A stretch of DNA of 64,000 nt, taken from Eledone cirrhosa (lineage: Eukaryota). Position numbers and translations under genes: made by a program. Below are positions 52,536-64,000 of the stretch, piece by piece; within the stretch, counting starts at the first letter, position 1, and each line of letters opens with the position of its first letter. The notes under the pieces are model-generated. The model was not told the DNA's origin and ran no database searches. It saw only the letters and a list, made by a program, of their open reading frames with translations. Where the stretch lies: assembly GCA_964016885.1 (NCBI GenBank), contig OZ024747.1, positions 78,306,001 through 78,370,000 on the forward strand, written 5' to 3'.

Positions 52536-52740
52536 AACGAGTAGGGCCCCGACGGATGAGCCCAAGCCGTTTCGACGGCTAATTCTGGACTAAATGAACA
52601 TTTTTATCCTGGTACATGAATAGCCGAGCTTCTCAGGGAATAATTCCATATATATATACCAGGATAAAAATTTTCATTTAGTCCAGAATTAGCCGTCGAA
52701 ACGGCTTGAGCTCAGCCGTCGGGGCCCTACTCGTTCCTAT
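52531..52740. mobile_element. Fold-back element beside (TA)n with hammerhead 3' half
   Basis: ~84-bp inverted arms at 52531-52614 and 52657-52740; the arms contain GAAA-CGGCT..AGCCG-TC (stem III plus a GUC triplet). Confidence 0.55.
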
Positions 52741-52816
52741 TACCCACTCTACTACCCTAAGTATTGAGTACTTTGGTGCGTTATGGTCCATCTGGTTCCT
52801 TGCCACATTTCCTTCG

Positions 52817-53530
<714 letters not shown>

Positions 53531-53891
53531 TTCTTCTTTCTTCTCATGTTTTTTATATATATTTACCTCGGCTGCGTTTGTCTGTTTCTCTCTTACTGCT
53601 TCCCCGCTCTCTCTGTTTCTCTCACCTTCTTTCGCCCCCTCTGTCAGTTACACTTTCTCTCGACTGACCTCTTCCTCACACTTCCACTCACTCACTCTCT
53701 GTTTCTCCCCTTCTCACTTCCTCCCGTTTGGCTTGTGTGGGTCTCTTCTTGCTCACATCTCACACACATCAACACGGTCTGTACCTCTCTCGCTCATGAA
53801 ATCCACCCAGCTTATGCTGACTGTACAACCATGTTGCTTGTTTATTTTCCTATCTTCGGTTTGCTTTTATCCTTCTATGTTGTTTCTTCTC

Positions 53892-53941
<50 letters not shown>

Positions 53942-54634
53942 TAATTGAATACCTATCTAAAAAGATTAAAATGCCTTTATGGTAAATAAAGAAATATATC
54001 TAAAAAGGTTATAGTTTAAGGGAGTTAAAGAAAACGAAAAAGAATAAAGATTAGAGTGACCTCCCTTGTATCCTATTTCTTAGCGGTATGTTATTGGATA
54101 GAAAAACCACCTCGCGGAGGGTTTTCTGCTAGCATGTGTAGTGTGTATATTGATATTATACACAAATATATATGCATGTAAATATGATACATCAAATAAA
54201 ATCGTAATTGACAATATACACAGAAATTGAACGACGTCTATGTTACACTGTCTTCTGTAATCTGTAATCCATGATATATTTAAAAAAAAGACGATATTAT
54301 ATATAAACTGCATTAGGAGAAAATTAGCGACTGAAATATATGCGATTATAAGTGTTATAATATAACGGCCGCTAACCGGAAGTGTTGATATTTGATAATT
54401 TTAAAGAAGTGAATTTTAAACATCTTTAAATAAACTATAAAATATATTTAATCAACAGCCACGAAATTTAGCACATAAATTATGTAATATTCATTAATTA
54501 TTTATTCAAAGTAATCCAACTTATTTTACAAACGGGGTAAAAAAAATATATTCTGGACGCAATCCCGCACTCCTTTCTTTATTATAGTTAAGATTTACAC
54601 ATTCACCTCAATAAACCTTTAATAAATATATATA

Positions 54635-56119
<1,485 letters not shown>

Positions 56120-56149
56120 TAATATTTTGAATTAATATATATATATATA

Positions 56150-56480
56150 TATTAATTCAAAATATTAATAAATATAGACATTCACGTAATCAAAATATAT
56201 TATATTATATATATTTCGGAGGTATTGTGTTGTTTTCACAATTAATTATTTATATATTTTATTAATTTATATATTTTATCTGATGAGGACGTACTGAGAA
56301 AACAACACAGTACCTCCGAAATATATATAATAAAATATATTTTGATTACGTGAATGTCTATATTTATTAATATTTTGAATTAATATTAATAACTCCAGAA
56401 AACCTTTTTGTTGAGTGCTTCTAATCTATTGTAAAACTATATTCATTGATTAATCAGTGAACCTTGTTGAACTTCTGGTT
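56150..56480 (+). mobile_element. Penelope-like pLTR derivative (family B) with partial inverted 5' copy
   Basis: 56150-56237 is an inverted copy of ~56298-56385; hammerhead at 56269-56340; flanked by (TA)n. A related copy lies at 12792-13010. Confidence 0.6.
56269..56340 (+). ncRNA. Minimal type I hammerhead motif, family B
   Basis: ATATATTTTAT-CTGATGA-[GGA C GTACTG AGAAAACAACA CAGTAC C TCC]-GAAA-T ATAT A-TA^ATAAAATATAT; predicted cleavage after 56329. Confidence 0.85.
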
Positions 56481-56644
56481 ATATATATATAAATTTTGAG
56501 TATATGTTGGTTGTTTACCGACACCTCACTATGCAGATTGGAGCACTCGACGAAGTACGCAGGCTGGTTTGGTTACTCCGGAGTAATGTAAAATAAAGTA
56601 ATTAAGTCAAATATTTAAGATTTGGCTTCGTTTATTAAAGATGT

Positions 56645-56699
56645 ACTGCTATATATATTTCGGTGACAGCCATCATTGGCTGTGACCTCTTCAGGCAGT
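56645..56699 (-). ncRNA. Minimal type I hammerhead motif, family C (inverted partner)
   Basis: Minus strand reads ACTGC-CTGAAGA-[GGT C ACAGCC AATGAT GGCTGT C ACC]-GAAA-T ATAT A-TA^GCAGT. Confidence 0.88.
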
Positions 56700-57715
56700 T
56701 CGAATTGGTGTGGTAGAGACAGGTACACATGTTGTTAACGTGTCTCACTCCATCAATACTCCGATATGTCCAGCTCCTAGTTGGGTTGTTATTTCTATTA
56801 GGAACTGGAATCATATGAATTCGAACAAACGAATTTCGGCATCATAGGACACTCTCTCCTCCCATTGGTCAGTTGTGAGAACATTCCTCAGTCAAAAGTC
56901 TATAGAAATTTTTTTCTCTGAGGCAAGACAATCAGTTGTGGCCGTTTTTGTTAAGTACAGCTGACCTCCTTCCTCCCTTGTGTTTATTGGTGTTAGGGAG
57001 TCAGCTGTCAGGTCAGCCTTAGTTCTACTGCTGCTGTCTTTAGAAGAATGAGTGTGTGTGGGTTGGCATCAATCCTACCACCCTTTCACGTGGTGGGGGG
57101 TGCCAAACAGATAATGGAATCAGATAAGGTAAAATGAAGAAATAAAATATAAAAGAAAAAAAATAAGATAAAATAAATAATAAAATAATAAGATACGATA
57201 CAATAAAATGAAGAAGTAAAAAAAAAATAAATGAATGAAGAAAATAGAATAAAATGCGTGTTTGTTATAGTCAATATCAAATATCAAAGAAGAATAAAGT
57301 GCGTGTGTGTTATAGCCAATATTAAAGTTTGAAAGATTTGGAAAATATTGACTGAAGTATAAAGGCTATGTCTCAGAATCGGGAAATGCAAAGGATTACG
57401 ATCTTTACACTATCATGGGGTGGTGCGTTTTAAGAGCAAATGAGGCAAGAGTGGAGTGTAAAATACCATAACCTGAGTGTCAAAATCCGGAAATGCAGAG
57501 GACTACAGTTTTTAATTCGGCATAGAGTACATATGCGTGTATGTCAACCCACATCGTTGCAAGCCCACACGCACCAACACGGGCCCAGGTGCATCCCATA
57601 TTCACACACACCCACACACAGATTATACAAACATACACACACCCATATATACATATGTATATATATACTCGCACACACACGCACGCACGCACGCACGCAC
57701 GCACGCGCGCGCACG

Positions 57716-57807
<92 letters not shown>

Positions 57808-58118
57808 TGTAAGTATTAGAGCATGTACAATCTTAAATAACAGGATCTATGTATGGACATATGCATAAGTCTGTGCTGCCATAGGAGTCGATCGAGGCAG
57901 GGGTAGGGGTGGTGAAAGTGTAGGGGGTGGTTTACCGTGGGCTCGATGTGGCGAGGTTACTGTCCTTATAGCTTGAGGGAAGTTCCCTTCCCAATGCGTT
58001 GTTGTTGCTCATATAGCTAGAGGAAGGTCCCGGCCCTGAGGTGTCTACATGTCCCGGGGTATTGATGGAGTGAGACACATTAACAACATGTGTACCTGTC
58101 TCTACCACACCAATTTGA

Positions 58119-58173
58119 ACTGCCTGAAGAGGTCACAGCCAATGATGGCTGTTACCGAAATATATATAGCAGT
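58119..58173 (+). ncRNA. Minimal type I hammerhead motif, family C
   Basis: ACTGC-CTGAAGA-[GGT C ACAGCC AATGAT GGCTGT T ACC]-GAAA-T ATAT A-TA^GCAGT; predicted cleavage after 58168. Confidence 0.88.
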
Positions 58174-58455
58174 ACATCTTTAATAAACGAAGCCAAATCT
58201 TAAATATTTGACTTAATTACTTTATTTTATTTTATATATATATATATATATAAAAATGTATATGTATATGTATATATATATATATAAATGTATATGTATA
58301 TGTATATATATATAGATAACATGTATTCATAATTACAGAATTTATCTTTAATATTGAATACCTATCTCAAAAGGTTATAATTAAAGGGAAGTTAAAGAAA
58401 ACGAAAAAAAAAAAAGATTACAGTGACCTCCCTTGAATCCTTTTTCGTTGAGGTA

Positions 58456-58495
<40 letters not shown>

Positions 58496-58725
58496 TCATA
58501 CACACACACACATACACACCTACACACACTCACACAAAGACTCAGGCACAGACATAGACACATACACACACGCACACTTACACACCCACACCCACACCCA
58601 CACACGCACACACATACACTCACCGACGCCCACAGACACACACTGACGCCACCACGCACACCTATACACGCACATATATTTATACACATTAATACACAAA
58701 CGCATACACATGTGCACACACACCC

Positions 58726-58789
<64 letters not shown>

Positions 58790-58903
58790 GTGTCTGTACT
58801 TTTCCTTTGTTATTGTTGTTGCTGTTGTTGTTGTGAGAATGTGTGTGTAGGTTTTAAAGAGTTACAAACGGATATATATATATATATATATAAATATCTT
58901 TTG

Positions 58904-58961
<58 letters not shown>

Positions 58962-59007
58962 CAAAATATATTTATATATATATATATATATATATATAAT
59001 CAAAAGA

Positions 59008-59039
<32 letters not shown>

Positions 59040-59067
59040 ATCAAAAGATGGTTAAAAGAGTTCCAAG

Positions 59068-59138
59068 TATTTTATTATGCGCATTTCAAAAACAAATATC
59101 ATCATGAGATGATATCTGCGTTTTCATCAGATAAAATA
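59068..59138 (-). ncRNA. Minimal type I hammerhead motif, family A
   Basis: Minus strand reads TATTTTAT-CTGATGA-[AAA C GCAGATATCATC TCAT GATGATATTTGT T TTT]-GAAA-T GCGC A-TA^ATAAAATA. The stem II differences from the 2.3-kb copy all keep pairing. Confidence 0.85.
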
Positions 59139-59221
59139 GGGATACATGATATGAAGGTTAAAAAACACTTGTGAATAGTGACGTTTTAAATCAACATATC
59201 ACATGTACACCTCCTACACAC

Positions 59222-59282
<61 letters not shown>

Positions 59283-60087
59283 ATTATTATTATTAGCACA
59301 GAATAAAAGTTTAAGCAAATAATTTTTGCTTTTACTACTATATACACACACACACATACATATATATGCAAACTCATGTGGCGCATTATGATGGTTGATT
59401 CTGTTCATATAGCAAATGCCTATGTACCAGTTTAATATGATACTTATATATGAAAATCTACATGTTAAAGTAGCACGTATTCCATATTAAAACATGTATA
59501 AATATGTAGCGTATACGAATTAGCTTAATGTGTTACTTTAATTTAAATTTATTTTCAATAAACATTAATGTTAGAAACCTACAACGTTTCCAACAGTTCA
59601 GTGAGGCTTTGCTTCCATTCGCAGCTTCCTATCATATTTGATGTACAAACAACATTGTTTTAACGATGTCTTTATAATGTCTTTCCTTAATTGCCTCTTT
59701 ATCAATAAAACACACTAACTACCTTAACTGCTGTAATATTGTCTTTAGATGTTCATATTTTACAGACCAACTTCTAAAGCAGCTTTGGCAAGTACATTTA
59801 CAAATTGATGGAATTTTCCAATGCTGTAGTTGGTGATTGATGTATCATCAATATAAATGAGGTTTGAAATTGTTTGTTCACCTATAAAGTACATTGTTTC
59901 ACTTGTAACCTAATATGGTAATCATGTTAGATGTATCAGATTGATCGATATAAACTTATAACAGTAATAACTTCAAGATCGATAAACTGAGGGTCTGTAA
60001 TATACGGCACCAATCCAATCAACTGCATTCCAATCTTAATTAAACTTTAATTAATTGGAATGTCGGGGCTGCTGCTGCTGCTGCTGC

Positions 60088-60121
<34 letters not shown>

Positions 60122-60497
60122 CTTCTTCTTCTTCTTCTTCTTCTTCTTCTTCTTCTTCTTCTTCTTCTTCTTCTTCTTCTTCTTCTTCTTCTTCTTCTTC
60201 TTCTTCTTCTTCTTCTTCTTCTTCTTCATCAGTACTCTCTTATAAACCAATTATGATTTAAGCAGTGTTATATTTAATCACTGTTATAAACCTTGTTTAA
60301 ATCGACCTCAGTACTTGACCGATACTTTATTTCATCGACCTTGGAAAGATGAACGGCAAAGTTGACCATGGTGGGATTTGAATACAGAATGTACCCGGCG
60401 CTCTACCAATTTAGCCAACCCAGAATACTTTCAGTGACAGATAATAATAGCAAGTATTTAATAGTGTGTATAGTGATTATATGTTTGTTGGGTTAGC

Positions 60498-60582
<85 letters not shown>

Positions 60583-61112
60583 CAGTTATTGTCAGTCTGT
60601 TATATCTGGGATGTGTCTGCTACTGTGTGTTAGCATGTGTTATCAACGTTGTAATAACTGCTTGAGAACTTTCACGGAATTTCAGTGCCACCCAGTACTC
60701 TTTCACGACCACCACCACCACCAAGATCATCCTGGTGACGGGCCCGAAAGATCATGAGATTTGGGCACAAAACCCGTGAAAGCCACGAAGAAGACTAGAC
60801 AGATAACTTAGAAGAAAATATCGTCGAAGATCTGAAGCAACAGGATTCACTATAAAACAGATCAACAAAGAAAACACACAAAGAAGTAAGTTTCTAATGT
60901 TATGAAAGTCAGTTTTATCGGTGGTTGAGATATGAAGTGTGTCGTGATAAAGTAGTGCTGACTTGTCACTTCCGTTGAACAATATATCACGACTTTATTG
61001 ATGTCAATGAAACGCTGGTTCAGCACCAATAATATTCGTGACATAAAACAGGTCACTGAGACACCGCTTACAATGTCGAATAAGAATAAAGAAATCATTA
61101 TTAAACCCGTCT

Positions 61113-61640
61113 CGGTAGATTGGCAGTATCGGTAGAGGATTTGACGCCATGCTCCACAGCATGGAGTTACGGCCCTTTATGGTCTGAGTACGAATCCCAC
61201 CGAGGTTAACTTTGCCTTTCATCCTTACGGGGTCAATAAAATAAAGTACCAGTAATACACTGGGATAATTGCTGGCCTTGTGCCAAAAGTCATCTCGGTA
61301 GATTGGCAGAATTGGTAGAGCGTTGGACAACATGCTTTGCGGCATAGAGTTACGTTTCTTTACGTTCTGAGTTCAAATCCCACCGAGGTTAACTTTACCT
61401 TTACACCCGTACGGGGTCGATAAAATAAAGTACCAGTAATGCACTGGGGTCTATTTAATCGACTTTCTCCTCTCTCCAAATTACTGGCCTTGTGCTTATA
61501 CTAGAAATCATTATTAAACCCGCCTAGGGTGGTAGATTGGCAGTATCGGTAGAGCATTGGACAACATGCTTTGCGGTATAGAGTTACGGCCCTTTACGGT
61601 CTGAGTTCAAATCTCGCCGAGATTTGCCTTTCATCCTTAC
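61113..61640 (+). mobile_element. Three tandem Nin/Deu-domain SINEs
   Basis: Same family core. Confidence 0.8.
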
Positions 61641-62094
61641 GAATGAATCCATACATAATTTGATTTTAACTGATCGCTTCCTTTTCGTGAAGAACGTAGT
61701 CGAAATCTTCGGAATCCTAAGCCTCAAGAAGAGTGTAACCCACCTGAAGAAGGAGCTCTTTGAGGTGGAATGGCTGATGTAATGGGTGTCGCTGGCTGTT
61801 CTCAGTCGTAATGCTTTCACAATCTTTTCTGCGAGGCACAGCTGAGATATACTGTCTGGCCAGGAATATAGAGTCTGCCTCTTTCTTCCTGGTCTTTTAA
61901 GATTCTAAAGCAAAGCATAGACTTCTGAGTCTGTGGTCCTGGGTTTAGAACAGGTAGAGGATACAAATTTGAAATGCATCCGTAGGACGTTGGGTACTCA
62001 ATGAAGGTCTTCGAACTGGAGAACCAATGTCTTGTCTGTGTAAATATCTATAGTATTTTTTATGATTCTTCCTTTTCCATTTTATCGGCTAGAG

Positions 62095-62410
62095 CAGGGG
62101 CATGCAACAGGCAGCCCGCGGGCCACAATCCGCCCCGCCACACCAGTCAGAGTGGCCCATGATGACCGTTTTTAATTTTTACCTTGTAGGATTATTTAGA
62201 ATTTATTTCGTAATCATAATACAATTTTCTGTTGACCTATACTAAAGGGATTCACTGATAAGGTTATCTGTGTTATAATTTCCCAGTTCCATGTTATGGA
62301 AAGAAGTTGTGGTGAATTCTTGGAATAGTGCTTAATAAATATTAAGGGCCCTAATAGTTGTTCCAATATTCAAAAGTGGCCCCGCCAATGGAATATGTTG
62401 CACATCCCTG
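62095..62410. mobile_element. hAT (Charlie-like) MITE
   Basis: TIRs CAGGGGCATGCAAC/GTTGCACATCCCTG, subterminal GCCCGCGGGCCAC and a degenerate 8-bp TSD GGCTAGAG/GGGGAGAG. Confidence 0.75.
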
Positions 62411-62670
62411 GGGGAGAGTTAACCTTCTAAATTACGTTCATTCTCTCAATGATATAGTGACCTGTGTTGGAATCTTCAAAACACCAACAAAACAATATTT
62501 CTTGACCTCAACCAAGACTGACACAAATGAAAGATTGTTGTAGTTCTTGTTGGTGTTGAGTTATTTCTATTGTCATTTACTAGTTTAAATGGTGATGTAA
62601 CTACTGCAGTCATATCTATTTCTTGCATTCAGTCAGTCAGTCTTTCTTTCTATTGCTTTCTCTCTTGTAC

Positions 62671-62791
<121 letters not shown>

Positions 62792-63078
62792 CATGAGACA
62801 TCAACAATGAGACGTCACCTGAACTCATTTAATGCTTCAATGAAGACGAGATTAAACAAACATTAAATAATTTTCAGGAAGATAAGATTAAATAACAAGC
62901 AGGGTAGTTGGGTGTGGAAGTATAATATTTAGATAACAGTTGCTCTCTCGAACACACAGACTGTCACTCACATACCTAAATATACAGAACTGCGTTGAGT
63001 CGACCGGGTAGCCTATATGCGGTTGTTTAACCCACAAGAAATAGCAGCAAAATTTCTCTCAAATTACACCTTACTGTC

Positions 63079-63957
63079 TTAACTCTTTAGCATTTAAACC
63101 GGCCATATCCGGTCATAATTCTCTCACATCTTTCTCTTCAAACCAGCTGTAACCGGCTGCTCATACTGATGTTAAGGTATTGTTCTCAAAATAAATAATA
63201 CCAAAATCGCATAGATTCAATATTATGTGTGATGATTATGTGAAGTAAAGCCTTTACCATGAAAATATAATAGTATATATAGAGTAATGTAAATGTTATG
63301 TGAGATAATTATGTGAGGTAAAGCCTTTACTGTGAAAATACAATAGTATATATAGAGTAATGTAAATGTTATGTGAGATTTTATGTGAAGTAAAGCCTTT
63401 ACCATGAAAATATAATAGTATATATAGAGTAATGTAAATGCTATGTGAGATATTATGTGAGGTAAAGCCTTTGCCATGAAAATATAATAGTATATATAGA
63501 GTAATGTAAATGCTATGTGAGATATTATGTGAGGTAAAGCCTTTGCCATGAAAATATAATAGTATGTATAGAGTAATGTAAATGTTATGTGAGATTTTAT
63601 GTGAAGTAAGGCCTTTACCATAAAAATATAATAGTATGTATAGAGTAATGTAAATGCTGTGAGAGATATTATGTGAGGTAAAGCCTTTGCCATGAAAATA
63701 TAATAGTATATATAGAGTAATGTAAATGTTATGTGAGATTTTATGTGAAGTAAAGCCTTTACCATAAAAATATAATAGTATGTATAGAGTAATGTAAATG
63801 CTATGTGAGATATTATGTGAGGTAAAGCCTTTGCCATGAAAATATAATAGTATATATAGAGTAATGTAAATGTTATGTGAGATATTATGTGAGGTAAAGC
63901 CTTTACCATGAAAATATAATAGTATATACAGAATAATGTAAATGCTAATGGGTTAAC
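63079..63957. mobile_element. TTAA-flanked (piggyBac-type) MITE with internal 72-bp unit amplified ~10x (63223-63946)
   Basis: Ends TTAACTCTTTAGCATTTA ... TAAATGCTAATGGGTTAA; an unamplified homolog lies at 43020-43240. Confidence 0.8.
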
Positions 63958-64000
63958 AAAAGAATGGACATACTTAGTAATATTGTTAAAAGTCATGACT

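Larger units (their letters stand above)
56491..58232 (-). mobile_element. Non-autonomous Penelope-like element (family C) with 175-bp inverted hammerhead-bearing repeats
   Basis: Inverted arms at 56589-56763 and 58055-58229 differ at only a few bases. The interior is non-coding and both ends run into TA repeats. Confidence 0.6.

Noticed and set aside
54310-54595. Helitron/HINE-like motifs
   Set aside because: The candidate terminal and internal motifs are on inconsistent strands and no 3' hairpin-CTAG end was found.
63223-63996. 257-aa hydrophobic repeat ORF
   Set aside because: Artefact of the 72-bp minisatellite inside a MITE.

Overview
Repeat-rich, AT-rich animal genomic DNA. The SINE, LINE and microsatellite content suggests a coleoid cephalopod such as Octopus (inference). 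The only host gene recognised is the first coding exon of a fringe glycosyltransferase (minus strand, 15983-16942). The rest is mobile DNA and tandem repeats: a near full-length L1/Tx1-clade LINE in a (TCTG)n tract, truncated Tx1, RTE, CR1-like and Ingi/Vingi-like fragments, a decayed DD37D (maT) Tc1/mariner element, mariner, hAT and TTAA-type MITEs, more than 20 Nin/Deu-domain tRNA SINE copies, several minisatellites and very many microsatellites. The most interesting signal is a set of short non-coding fold-back elements beside (TA)n tracts. They carry seven minimal type I hammerhead ribozyme motifs in three sequence families (CUGANGA core, GAAA, 2-bp stem III with a mostly palindromic loop), plus degenerate ones, as expected for Penelope-like pseudo-LTR or retrozyme derivatives. 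All three families share a C-pyrimidine mismatch at the 4th pair of stem II. Also notable: at least three minisatellites were amplified from inside transposons, including a ~30x 52-bp array built from the mariner WVPHxL motif. All calls were made by eye, without database searches.
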